Positions 50,267 to 60,703 of a stretch of 64,000 nt of DNA are shown here, one piece after another. How positions within the stretch are numbered: the first letter of the stretch is position 1; each line of letters opens with the position of its first letter. The notes under the pieces were generated by a model. It ran no database searches, was not told the DNA's origin, and saw nothing but the letters and a program-made list of their open reading frames with translations. The stretch comes from a virus. Where the stretch lies: IMG/VR virus record IMGVR_UViG_3300046168_000070, positions 32,001 through 96,000 of that record; one strand, given 5' to 3'. Position numbers and translations under genes: made by a program.

Positions 50267-50822
50267 TTATATATATGGAAGAGCGAGAAAAGGAGCTTAA
50301 AAATAAATTACATTTAGCGTGTAGACAGATTCAAGACCAACTGATTGGCTTTGAGGCACTAAAAGAATATTGTGATATAGATGAATTTCACATCAATAAG
50401 CTTAATGAAATTTTACTTGAATTAAATTTTGCTTATGATAGCTTACTTGAAAATAAAAATATTGATAAATTTCACTTATTTCAAAATAAATTTAAGAAAC
50501 TTTAGTAAGACATTATTATGTCTGCATTAGTTTATTTTTTACTCACTTTATATTTAATCAATTTAATATTTGCATTTATATCCGCCCTTATAGTTGTCAA
50601 GCAGGACGATAACCCAAACAAGAATAAAATGTCATCAAACAATAAAATAATAATGGACGATTACGATGCAGGTTTTGCAGATGCAACAAAACTAATGCAA
50701 GAAAAATTAGATGCAATGCTCTTTAAATACGAACTAATTCTCAAGGAATATGATTACATCGAAGAAGCAAGAGATGTTGCGTTGCTTGAAGAGGTTAAAC
50801 AAAAACTTTTCGAAAAATAGTG

Positions 50823-50851
50823 TTGACAAGTTGGTAGAACTTCATCATAAT
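50823..50851 (+). promoter_or_regulatory. sigma70 promoter (leaderless)
   Basis: TTGACA-17-CATAAT, ATG +7. Confidence 0.85.
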
Positions 50852-51842
50852 TATAGTCATGAAGTATCAAGCCGAAGCAAATGCAGTTTATGAAATGTTA
50901 TTTGATCTTGAGGATTTGGTTGATTTGCATCAAAGCAGGTTTTCGACCAATCAATTACGAGATATAATTTCATTTAAAAATAAAGTCAATCATTATCTTG
51001 GTCGGAGATTGCCATTGAAAGCCAAGAAGCAAGTAAAAGACTTAGACAAGTACATTCAACAATGTTTATATTATGCAAACTGAAATTATAGTTAAAGAAA
51101 AAAAATACAAGAACAGAAAGATAGTTTATGGGTTGTCGTCTCTGACCATGCCGAAAATCTTAATTTATTAACCCGCAGAAAAAGCCTTGATAGGGTTGAT
51201 CTCTTATGCTTGACTGATCTTGGTTTTAAAATAAAATACTTATGATAACAGAAACAGAAATACAAAATTTTCTTTATGAAATAGACGATCAACTAAGTGA
51301 CGATCAAATAAATTCGTTGGCACAAAAAATATTTAATAATCAAAAAATATTATTTAGTTTATTTGACAAAGTTTCGGATAAACCTTGCGTTTGTGGATTT
51401 TGGGGGGATAAATAATGAAAATACAACTAGGAATAAGAGGCAGTTCAGATAGCATAAATCATATCTTAATTAAAATAGATGATCTTATTTTAATGAATAA
51501 AGATAATTTATTTCTAGTAGGAAACGAAGGCAGAGATAATACAGGAAAAAATTTAGTTCAGTTATTAAATACTCTATCAAAAGATCACGAAATATCTGTA
51601 AGCGAGAATGTTGCAGAACAGATAGAGAGCGAATTGGACATAAAAAATAATCAAATTAAAAAATATATAAATTAAATAAATATGAAAAGAGGACAATCAG
51701 TTAATAAAGAAAAGATTTTATTGCAAATAATAGATCATTGCAAGGAACTTTTAAAAGACGAAAAATTTCTCATAAATAACGATTGGGAGACTGATGTTTT
51801 ATTACTTCACTCAGAGAAGTTTCTCAAACAAGAGAAAAAAAC

Positions 51843-51871
51843 TTGACATAAATTCTTGTCTCGTTTAGTAT
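51843..51871 (+). promoter_or_regulatory. sigma70 promoter (leaderless)
   Basis: TTGACA-17-TAGTAT, ATG +6. Confidence 0.8.
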
Positions 51872-52186
51872 TATACCATGAACACAACAGAAGCATTTCT
51901 AGCAAGTATTGAACAATCAATCTCTCATGCAGAGAAGATAGCGAACTCAATCCCCAAGAAGGGTCTTAATGTTTATCTTGACAAATCTACTATGGTCATG
52001 CAGACATTCAGCGATCCTAGTGCGTTTGAGTATGCCAAGAAGGTTACTGCAAGAGCAGGGCAATCAAGTTGTCTTCGCAATGTATTAGATGCAGGGGGCA
52101 GATTACAATAAAAGCATGATAAAAGACGCAGAATAATAGTTTTGACACTCAAATACTAACTTTTTATCAATAACACAATAAAATGC

Positions 52187-52215
52187 TTGACATATCATGC
52201 AAAATGAACTTGAAT
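52187..52215 (+). promoter_or_regulatory. sigma70 promoter (leaderless)
   Basis: TTGACA-17-TTGAAT, ATG +6. Confidence 0.6.
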
Positions 52216-52849
52216 AACGACATGGAAAAATTACCAACATACGAAGAATGGACAAAGGACATGGACTTAGAATCTCAAATAAAATTCTATTATGATGTTG
52301 ACATTGATAATTATTTAGGTGATCCTTGGCAAATAGTAGCAGAGATTGCAGAGGAATGTCCTAATTGGTTATCAGAGTTTAAAGCTAATTTTAAAGAATA
52401 TTTACAAGAGAGAGAATACATACAATGAAAGAATTGAAAGAAAAATTAAATAAAGTTATCTCCAAACAAGTTGAGATGGTAAATAAATATGGGTCAAATA
52501 CATTTCTCTACTTGCGACCATTATAGTTGGGATAAGGATATTTGGAATCATAGACATTCTATTGTTGACAAACTAATTGATCTAGGCTTTAATGTCGATA
52601 CTCAAATGAATTGGGGAGTATTAGATGTAACAATCACAAAGGAATTAAAACTATGAAAGTAACAAGTATTAGATATTTTGAAACAAACAAGGGAGTTGGT
52701 TATCAATGCAAAACTAATATTAAAGATGTGGAAATATGCAATGATGGCACAGGTGGAGCAACTTATGTAGATGGAGATTTAAAAAAATTAATTAAAGAAT
52801 ATACTGAATGGGATTTAGAAGATTTAATTGATCAATACGAAAATAACTC

Positions 52850-52878
52850 TTGACATCGCAACAAAAACACTTTAGATT
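52850..52878 (+). promoter_or_regulatory. sigma70 promoter (leaderless)
   Basis: TTGACA-17-TAGATT, ATG +6. Confidence 0.8.
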
Positions 52879-53311
52879 TATAGCATGAACATTAATTATA
52901 TATACGAAGATAATACTATTGAAGAAAAATTTTGGTACGATTCCTACACAGGAACTTATTGCTTGCATGATGAGAGTGGGAAGAGCCAATGGAGTTTACA
53001 GAAGATGAATTAATTACAGAAGGAATTTATTTAAATGAATATTGCTAAAGAATATAATGTAGAAATAGGTTTGACTCCAAGTGATATTCAAGCTATTCTC
53101 GATGGAGAAATGTCAACGCTTCACTTTTTACCAACTGATGATACCGATTACGAAGATAAGATTAGCGTTCATCTAAAGCCAATTAGTGAAGATGCAACTT
53201 TATCAGAGCAAATGAATTTAGTTGTTGACACATGGAATAAACCTGTTTAGAGCATCAACATATTAACAACTATATGTTTATAAAAAAGAAAAATATCGAC
53301 ATAACTTATTA

Positions 53312-53317
53312 GTGTAA
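53312..53317 (+). promoter_or_regulatory. GTGTAA motif
   Basis: GTGTAA-8 nt-GTG(53326). Confidence 0.65.
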
Positions 53318-53325
53318 TTAAATAT

Positions 53326-54135
53326 GTGAGTAGTGATCCAAATTTTCCATCTTCTTTACCTATTGCTCCTGCGAGAAATAGTTCTCTAGGATTTAATTAT
53401 GTATGGGATACTTTAAATTTACATTGGACTCCTAAACCCGAAAGTCAATATGACTTAGCTATTGGTCAAGCAAAAGAAAGTGTGAACAAGTTCGGTGCTT
53501 TACCTCAAATCACAGATAAGTCAGCAATTCAAACTATATGGGATGGAGTAACAGAATATGTATTTCCTAGTAATAGTGGCGAATCATTAATAATCACCTC
53601 TTCCAACGGAACGGATAATCAGTCTGTAATAGTTATGGGGTTGGATGAAAATTTTGAACAGCAATCTCAAGAAGTTAATCTTTCGGGCACAAGCGATGTA
53701 AATATACCAAGTACATGGACTAGAGTTTTTAGAGCTTATAATAATGGTTCTAGCGATTTCACAGGAGATGTCTCAATTAAAAGTAGTAATGGGGTTAATA
53801 CTTACGCAAAAATTTTATCAAATAATAATCAAACCTTAATGTGTGTTTATACGATACCTGCCAATTACACAGGAAAATTAGTGAAGTTTAATATATCTGC
53901 ACACAATGTTTCTTCATCAAATTCATTAAGTGCAGTCGTGCATTTAAAAACTAGAGAGTATGGAAAAGTGTTTAGGACTCGTAATGTTACAAGTTTTAGC
54001 GATATTTCTCCGACATCCAACCAATTGACTTTCCCTCTTGTTTTACAACCTAAAACTGATATTATTTTTAATAAAGTAAGTGCGAGTGCAACTTCGGGTA
54101 AAATAAATTGCGATTTTGACATCGCATTGAGTTAA
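53326..54135 (+). CDS. Conserved beta-rich phage protein, possibly virion-associated
   Basis: VNKFG...TIWDG, VFRAY, QTLMCVYTIPA, PKTDI motifs; GTGTAA-N8-GTG start. Confidence 0.5.
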   Translation: MSSDPNFPSSLPIAPARNSSLGFNYVWDTLNLHWTPKPESQYDLAIGQAKESVNKFGALPQITDKSAIQTIWDGVTEYVFPSNSGESLIITSSNGTDNQSVIVMGLDENFEQQSQEVNLSGTSDVNIPSTWTRVFRAYNNGSSDFTGDVSIKSSNGVNTYAKILSNNNQTLMCVYTIPANYTGKLVKFNISAHNVSSSNSLSAVVHLKTREYGKVFRTRNVTSFSDISPTSNQLTFPLVLQPKTDIIFNKVSASATSGKINCDFDIALS

Positions 54136-54141
54136 TTTTTC

Positions 54142-54170
54142 TTGACATAAAGAGCAATATGCTCTATGTT
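54142..54170 (+). promoter_or_regulatory. sigma70 promoter (leaderless)
   Basis: TTGACA-17-TATGTT, ATG +7. Confidence 0.8.
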
Positions 54171-54177
54171 TATTAAC

Positions 54178-54408
54178 ATGAATTATATCACAGAGAAAAT
54201 TAGTTTTAATGTTCCGCAAAATGGTGGAGATCAATATCGCTTGTATGAGTGCGTAGATCAAATCGCAGATTTAATTGATATGTATTTTCATACCGCAATA
54301 GAAGACACGACCAAAATTCACAATTTAATTGAAGAAGAAATTAAAGCAAGTAAACTTAGAGAAGTGGAATATAATAAACTAGAAAATATAAATGGGGGTT
54401 CAATATAA
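54178..54408 (+). CDS. Hypothetical protein
   Basis: ATG 7 nt after a -10 box. Confidence 0.55.
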   Translation: MNYITEKISFNVPQNGGDQYRLYECVDQIADLIDMYFHTAIEDTTKIHNLIEEEIKASKLREVEYNKLENINGGSI

Positions 54409-54741
54409 TTTAACAAAAAAAATAATCAAATAATATTATGAGTAAAAAAGCAATAGATAAAGCACAAAATTCGCCAATGGGCAAGAAAACCTCTCATACA
54501 GGAAATCAACCTCTTGTGGAGTCTCTAACAAACAAGGGTTGTATGGTTCGACCAAAAGTCAGAAAAGCTCAAGAAAGGAGATTAGCCAAGTGAACGAGGT
54601 TATAGAGCTTATTGAACAAAAAATTTTAGACATTAAGAATTATCCTATTAGCACACAAGAGGAAGAGCAAATGCACATACTAGAAATTGGTTGCTTAAAT
54701 CAGTTGCTTAGAGTAGCGAATGAACTTTCTTAAAAAAAGTG

Positions 54742-54770
54742 TTGACATCTCGATCAGCATACTCTAGTAT
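54742..54770 (+). promoter_or_regulatory. sigma70 promoter of rIIA (leadered)
   Basis: TTGACA-17-TAGTAT, AAGGA leader. Confidence 0.8.
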
Positions 54771-54803
54771 TTTATCATAGTTTAATTTAACACAAGGAAA
54801 AAA

Positions 54804-57092
54804 ATGATTATCACACAAAACAAATCTAAAGAAGTAGTTAGTTCTCACGATTTCGAGCAAGTAAATTGCACGATTGATGCCGAAGATATGCGTTATGTTG
54901 CATCTCTTCTTCGCAACAATTATTCCAATACTCGTCTTGCAGTCGTTCGTGAGATTAGTGCTAACGCACTCGATGCCAATGCTGAAGCAGGAGTAAATCG
55001 CCCAATCGAAATTAAGTTGCCGACCGCCATGAATCCAACATTTGCAGTTCGTGATTTCGGGGGTGGACTTAGTCAAGAAGATGTTTTCGGTCTTTACTCC
55101 AAGTATGGTAAATCAACCAAGCGTACATCTAACAATTATATCGGTGCTTTCGGTATCGGTAAATTTGCTCCACTTTCTTATGGTGACAACTTTACTTGCG
55201 TTTCTTTTCATAATGGAACAAAAACTTCTTACAATGTATTTGTCGATGAAAATGATGATACCAAAATCACAAAGTTGTTTGAAGAACCAAGTAATGAACC
55301 AACAGGTTTAAGTATCGAAGTTGCAGTATCTGAAGAAGATCGTAACGAATTTAGAAATGTTGTGCAAAATTTCTTTCGTTTCTTTTCTGATTCTGATATG
55401 CCAAAATTTCTCGGAGTTGAAGAAGACTTTATACAAACTCCTAAAAAAGTTTTATCAAGTAAAACTGACGAATGGTTCTTTGCGGAAGACGAGAATCGTG
55501 GATATGGTTATCATTATTACTCTCATGTTCTTATGGGTAGAGTTGCTTATCCTATTGACCCAAATGCAATAAATGTAGAAAATTTTGTGTCCAATGAAAG
55601 TTCTCGCAGAATAGTTCAACAACTTTTACAACAAGGTAATTTCTACTTTCGTGTGCCTCTTGGTTCAGTAAGATTGCATCATAGTCGTGAGTCGCTAGAA
55701 TACAACAAAGCAACTCAAAAAGAAATTTGTGCGATTCTTTACAAAGTTAGTCAAGATATTCAAACTATTGCAAAAGAAAAACTTGCCGATAGTGAAGATT
55801 TGTGGGATGCAAAGAGAAACTATGCTCAAGTTATTAATGCTTTACCTTATCAAGTAAGAGGAGTATTCGAGAATAGTTTTGAGTGGAATGGCATCAAAAT
55901 TACAGACTCTACATTTCAAAGAGATTATCAATTGCAAGATGATCTTATTATTACTGATTACGAGAAAATTGAAGATAAAGATTCTCGCAATGGTTTCAAG
56001 GTAAGAGCTACTAAAACAAATCGCATTTATTGTCAAGACAATTATCTTGTAATGATGCAAGACATTGATTCATCTCATGGTAACAATCTTAGAGTTCGCA
56101 CATTGATGAATGATTTACCCGACCTCAAAGGTGTTTATGTTGTCCATGCAACATCCGAATGTGGTAAGTCAGAAGTTTACGATAATTGGCAATTCGATCT
56201 TGTTGACGCAAAACACAAGAGATATTCCTCTCAAGTAGATAAAGAAAAAATTGTTCGCAATAAAGTTTCGGGCACAAGTCGTGCTTCTATTCCATTGTTC
56301 AAGATGAGGGCTGATAAAGGGTATGGTAGTCGTAATGCAGATTATTGGCAAAATGTCAATGAACCAATCAATTCGCTTGAGCTAAACGAAGTTGAAGGTT
56401 CTGTCAATGGTAAAATCATTTATGTTCCAATCAAGAACTACAAAGTTGATAGTGAATCTTATGATCTTGACAGAGTTTACAAAATCACTAGAGGTATTCG
56501 CCAAAAAGCTGAAGATAATTCAGACGAAAAAAATCTTCAATTATTCGGTGTTCGTGCAGGTGATGTAAAGAAATTGGATAAAAGTACATGGGTATCATTC
56601 TTTGATTTTTATCTTGACTATTGCAAAAACATCATTCGTGACAATAAGAAAGAATGTCAATCAGCATACAAGATAATTCAATTCCAAAAATCTTCTGATA
56701 ATAACTTTAGTGAATATCGTTGGAATTATGGTCAATTGTTTATTAATAATACATTTGATATTTCTACGCTCGATGATAATCATTTATTTGCTCGTTGTGC
56801 AGAGAATTGGAATCTTTTTATGCAAGAGTCTACAACTGATCGTAAATTTAATGTTGCAATCAATGTAGTTAGTCTAGGTGATCAAGCGTGGTTAGATGAT
56901 GTATTGGATACAAAAGTTGATGCTGAATCAGTTATGCGAGACTTCAAATTACTCGATAAAAATTATCCTTTACTTAAAGTTGTAGCGAATCAAGCTACTT
57001 CTTGGATAAATCTAAAGCAAGATAACGACAAGAATGTGACTAACCAAATTATTTTAGAATACATTTCCTTGTGTGATGGGGTTGGGGCTTAA
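54804..57092 (+). CDS. rIIA: rIIA-like protein (N-terminal GHKL/HATPase domain)
   Basis: YSN...AVVREISANALDA, VRDFGGGLS, YGKSTK...IGAFGIG; directly upstream of rIIB. Confidence 0.88.
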   Translation: MIITQNKSKEVVSSHDFEQVNCTIDAEDMRYVASLLRNNYSNTRLAVVREISANALDANAEAGVNRPIEIKLPTAMNPTFAVRDFGGGLSQEDVFGLYSKYGKSTKRTSNNYIGAFGIGKFAPLSYGDNFTCVSFHNGTKTSYNVFVDENDDTKITKLFEEPSNEPTGLSIEVAVSEEDRNEFRNVVQNFFRFFSDSDMPKFLGVEEDFIQTPKKVLSSKTDEWFFAEDENRGYGYHYYSHVLMGRVAYPIDPNAINVENFVSNESSRRIVQQLLQQGNFYFRVPLGSVRLHHSRESLEYNKATQKEICAILYKVSQDIQTIAKEKLADSEDLWDAKRNYAQVINALPYQVRGVFENSFEWNGIKITDSTFQRDYQLQDDLIITDYEKIEDKDSRNGFKVRATKTNRIYCQDNYLVMMQDIDSSHGNNLRVRTLMNDLPDLKGVYVVHATSECGKSEVYDNWQFDLVDAKHKRYSSQVDKEKIVRNKVSGTSRASIPLFKMRADKGYGSRNADYWQNVNEPINSLELNEVEGSVNGKIIYVPIKNYKVDSESYDLDRVYKITRGIRQKAEDNSDEKNLQLFGVRAGDVKKLDKSTWVSFFDFYLDYCKNIIRDNKKECQSAYKIIQFQKSSDNNFSEYRWNYGQLFINNTFDISTLDDNHLFARCAENWNLFMQESTTDRKFNVAINVVSLGDQAWLDDVLDTKVDAESVMRDFKLLDKNYPLLKVVANQATSWINLKQDNDKNVTNQIILEYISLCDGVGA

Positions 57093-57124
57093 ATGCCTCT
57101 TCCCCATTTATTTTAAGAAAAAAC

Positions 57125-57153
57125 TTGACAATATCTGTAAATTTAATTAGTAT
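57125..57153 (+). promoter_or_regulatory. sigma70 promoter of rIIB (leadered)
   Basis: TTGACA-17-TAGTAT, AAGGA leader. Confidence 0.8.
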
Positions 57154-57186
57154 TATATATATTAACAATTCAAAAAGGAAAAAATT

Positions 57187-58308
57187 ATGAATCAAGTACC
57201 ATATCAACTCACAGAAAATTCACTCACTATCTTTTGGGAAGGCAAACCATATACCTTGCGTAAAGATCATGTAAACTTTAAACTTGCCAAGCAAGCAATC
57301 TTGGAAGCAAGATATGATGATCTCGGAGATTTGATTGATATTACCAAGGCAGTTGAGAATTTTGTCGAGGGTGATATTGAAGTCAGAGATGAAGTTGTTT
57401 TCTACAAAGGACATCGCTTGCATGGTGTTGTTGTTGAAAAACTACTCGAAATGCTTCGTGCAGGAATGAGGGATTCTGCTCCTCTTACAAACTTTATTAC
57501 TCGCTTGCAGTCAAATCCAAGTGCAAATTCAGTTAATGAGTTGTATTCTTTTATGAGCTACAAGTCATTGCCAAACACTCCCGAAGGTAAGGTCTTGGGT
57601 TACAAAGGTGTTCAGAAAGACTTTTGGAGTTCAACAGGCAATGCCGATACAATCGTATTGCAAGGCAAAACCAATGATCGTCACCAAATTCTCAATGAGG
57701 TTGGTGCAACTATCGAGGTCGCTCGTAGATGTGTAGATGATAATAAGGACAACCATTGTTCTTTCGGTCTTCATGTCGGCTCGTATGATTATGCTGATGG
57801 TTGGGCAGGAGCAGATGGTAGGTTGCTCGTTGTTGAATTTGATCCTGCTGATGCAGTATCAGTGCCAACTGATTGCGATTTTCAGAAATTGCGTGTTTCT
57901 AAGTACAAGGTTATATCTGATATTACCGACACTCGTAAAGAGTTAAATAAACCTATCTACGAGGCTAATAAGCCTATTTATGGGTCAAATGACGATTGTT
58001 ATGATAATGAAGATTATGATGATGATGATGAATCTGATTTTGTCGATCAAGGTGTATGGGAAGACGATGAAATGGATAATGAAGATGATCTTGTATTTAA
58101 AGTCAGTTCATATATCAGTAATAAACTATTGAATGGAGAAAAAGTTTTAATTAAAAATATTGCTGATTTAAGGTTCTGTAAAGATCAAAGACTGACCTGT
58201 GCAGATATTGCAGACATCATTGATGTAATGGATGATTATGAAATTCATGAATCAGATGTCGGGCGAAATGTTCCTGTTAGCCTCAAGAGAGTCGTGAGGA
58301 ACTCTTAA
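57187..58308 (+). CDS. rIIB: rIIB-like protein
   Basis: NPS..SV.ELYSF, EGKVLGYKGV, CSFGLHVGSYDYA, VEFDPADAVSVP.D...KLRVSKY.V. Confidence 0.9.
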   Translation: MNQVPYQLTENSLTIFWEGKPYTLRKDHVNFKLAKQAILEARYDDLGDLIDITKAVENFVEGDIEVRDEVVFYKGHRLHGVVVEKLLEMLRAGMRDSAPLTNFITRLQSNPSANSVNELYSFMSYKSLPNTPEGKVLGYKGVQKDFWSSTGNADTIVLQGKTNDRHQILNEVGATIEVARRCVDDNKDNHCSFGLHVGSYDYADGWAGADGRLLVVEFDPADAVSVPTDCDFQKLRVSKYKVISDITDTRKELNKPIYEANKPIYGSNDDCYDNEDYDDDDESDFVDQGVWEDDEMDNEDDLVFKVSSYISNKLLNGEKVLIKNIADLRFCKDQRLTCADIADIIDVMDDYEIHESDVGRNVPVSLKRVVRNS

Positions 58309-58677
58309 TTGAAAAAAAAATTTAAAGAATTTTCCTTCCTATCGTTATTGTTAATGCTATCGGGTTGCTTGACTCCCTCTATGGTTTCCGTAGGGGGAGT
58401 CTTCGATGGGGATGATATACTTTATTCTCACATATCAGAATTAACAACCAATCCAACTCAACCTTGGTTAATCAATACTCCAACAGGAGTCTTAGTTTAC
58501 AAACAGGCTTTTATTATAGATATATCGCATGATAGACAAGATTTTTTATTGCGAAGAAAAGGAGACATGGCAGAGTTTTGGGTTGAGTACGATATGTTCA
58601 ATAAAAGAGATAAAAATTTTATTACAAAATTACTAAAACAAATAGACAAGGAAAATGTATATGTCGGAAGCAAATAA
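58309..58677 (+). CDS. Putative lipoprotein with SHD1-like domain
   Basis: LLLMLSGC lipobox; PW....TG....A......FLLRRKGD.AEFWV.....KRDKNFI. Confidence 0.5.
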   Translation: MKKKFKEFSFLSLLLMLSGCLTPSMVSVGGVFDGDDILYSHISELTTNPTQPWLINTPTGVLVYKQAFIIDISHDRQDFLLRRKGDMAEFWVEYDMFNKRDKNFITKLLKQIDKENVYVGSK

Positions 58678-58840
58678 GAGTAAAAACAAGATCGAAGTTT
58701 TGGGGCATACTGAAGGTTATTCCATCATTGAGGGTTGCATCAAGCAATCGTTAAGCGAGTCAAAACAGGAAGCTGAAGAGATCACAATGGAAGAGTTCTT
58801 AAATAGCATAAAGCAAGATATTTCTGATAATTCCAAATAA

Positions 58841-59380
58841 TTTCAAATACAATTAACAATATAATCCCTTTACCCATACATATTAATAAACTATATACTT
58901 ATATACTAGATCATAATAGCAAATATATACAATAAAAAGATAAACGAATTTTATCTAAATAATTGATTAATAAAGGTTTAAATAAAAAATACAGAGAAGT
59001 GGGTTGAAGTGGGGGAAAGTGGGTAAGCGTGGTACGCGACTTAAATATATAAAAATATAAGTTAAATTAAAATATTGTAAATTGCGTCAAAAATAATAGA
59101 AACAAATAAACTAAATTTTTTTTGATATAGCCAAATAACTTAATAAGAAAAATAATAAAGTATAATGAACAAACTACAAATAAATTTTAATCAAATAATT
59201 GCAAATAACAATATGAAAGATAGCCGACTTAATTTAATAAATTTTTTTATACATTTTTGCGTTTTAGTTAAATAAAAGTTTGAATGAAATAAAGCGAAAT
59301 AAGATGAAAAAAAATAGAATAAAATATAATAATTAATTATACTAAATTTTTTGTTGAATTCGGGCGAAATAAAAATGCAC
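58841..59380. other. Very AT-rich non-coding region containing phased AAGTGGG repeats
   Basis: No credible ORF; AAGTGGG at 58997, 59007, 59017. Confidence 0.7.
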
Positions 59381-59409
59381 TTGACACAAATAAGGCTTTA
59401 AATTATAAT
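59381..59409 (+). promoter_or_regulatory. sigma70 promoter
   Basis: TTGACA-17-TATAAT. Confidence 0.85.
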
Positions 59410-59684
59410 TATGGTATTGATGAGCGAGAAAGATAATAGTGTTAGTTACCTTCAGCACCATATAGACTTCACATTCCCCGAAATAATGATGCAGGAGCAA
59501 ATAAATGATGTCGGATGGATAGATCAGCCCCAAATAACAGGCGAGCCGCAAATAAGAGCGTTTGCGAGCTTTGAGGGGTCGAATCTGATTACCCTATTCC
59601 CCTTCTTTAATCCAACAGGGAATTACCCTGTGCAGGAAGATTGAATAAAAAATTTTATAAAATAAAGAAAAATATAATTAATAC

Positions 59685-59713
59685 TTGACTTGTTTTATAT
59701 TCTATACTATACT
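59685..59713 (+). promoter_or_regulatory. sigma70 promoter
   Basis: TTGACT-17-TATACT. Confidence 0.8.
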
Positions 59714-60082
59714 TATATACATCATGACAATAGCAAAAGAGATAAATAATAAACTTGATACAATATTAAATATTAGATCAGAAATAAAAAAGATGCGGGC
59801 GGAACTGAGTGCCGACTCCGAGTTAGTCAACCCGAATACGGGCGACAAGATGCTTCGGGATGACGCAATAAATATAGCCGAGGAAGTAATAAATAAAGTA
59901 CAAAATGATATAAATCAAATAACAAATAATGGGCAGAATGTACGAAATATTTTTAATAATCAATACTATATAAATGATATGCTACAAGATAAACAAATTG
60001 CAAACGAAAATTTATCAAATATAAAAGCATTTATACAAGAAAGTGAGGATAAGATTAAATAAAAAATTTTATTAATTTATTT

Positions 60083-60144
60083 GGAGGCATAGAGTCCGTC
60101 GATGAGGCGGGACGAGGTAAGTCATCACCTGCATTGAACACTCC
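60083..60144 (+). ncRNA. Compact structured RNA-like element (three-way junction with complementary loops); strand uncertain
   Basis: GGAG/CTCC outer stem; hairpin with loop GATGA; AGGT/ACCT hairpin with TCATC in its loop. Confidence 0.45.
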
Positions 60145-60157
60145 TTAATCTTTTTTC

Positions 60158-60186
60158 TTGACAAAACGAAGACAACCAACTAGACT
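60158..60186 (+). promoter_or_regulatory. sigma70 promoter (leadered)
   Basis: TTGACA-17-TAGACT, AAGGAGG leader. Confidence 0.8.
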
Positions 60187-60668
60187 TATAGCATAACAAT
60201 CAAACAAGGAGGAAAAAATTATGGGTAATATAGCTAAATGTGCAAGAGCAACTTCAATTATGAATAATGTAAAAAGAGGGGCATATGTGGGCATGAGTAA
60301 ATTTGCCAACTATGGTTCTATTGTCGAGGATAGCATCTTCGCCCAACAAAGAGAGGCAGACAGGCGACTCAAAGAGATTCAAGCCAAGCGTCTCAAGCAA
60401 GCAAAGGGGGTAGCATAATGGATGCAACAATCAAACCTCTTAGTGATAAAGTTAGTATGTTCGCAACTGATGAAGAATTATATGAACAATTAACTGCAAA
60501 AGAATTAATGTTAATTAAATTAGTTAAGGTAGAAGAATATGTAGATGATCTATATAGAGCACATGATTCTGATACAAATAAAAAATTATTTCCGCCTGAG
60601 AAGAGTTGGTTTAAAATAAAAGACTTATTAAGAGAGTGCAGAAAAATTAATAAAAATAAAATTAATAC

Positions 60669-60697
60669 TTGACAAATAAGACTAAATATACTATAAT
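60669..60697 (+). promoter_or_regulatory. sigma70 promoter driving the ncRNA candidate
   Basis: TTGACA-17-TATAAT, no ATG following. Confidence 0.9.
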
Positions 60698-60703
60698 TAT
60701 ATA

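Larger units (their letters stand above)
46371..53250 (+). other. Array of roughly 20-25 small hypothetical genes, many with their own sigma70 promoter (early/host-takeover-like)
   Basis: ORF track (e.g. 46371..46652, 47077..47328, 47367..47642, 47647..48063, 48060..48248, 48245..48469, 48659..48859, 48862..49062, 49087..49311, 49565..50152, 50275..50505, 50518..50820, 50859..51083, 51415..51675, 51878..52111, 52222..52428, 53035..53250). Confidence 0.65.
59411..60672 (+). other. Small hypothetical genes 59411(59420)..59644, 59724..60062, 60221..60418, 60418..60672
   Basis: ORF track and sigma70 promoters. Confidence 0.6.

Noticed and set aside
10050-58000. Numerous 60-190 aa track ORFs antisense to or out of frame within annotated genes (e.g. 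24608..25000, 37623..38183, 42964..43356, 47050..47403, 54708..55076)
   Set aside because: Fully overlap motif-supported genes, with low-complexity Ile/Phe/Ser content typical of AT-rich shadows
60083-60144. Assignment as hammerhead or HDV-like ribozyme
   Set aside because: No CTGATGA/GAAA core, and the P1 pairing required for an HDV fold is absent
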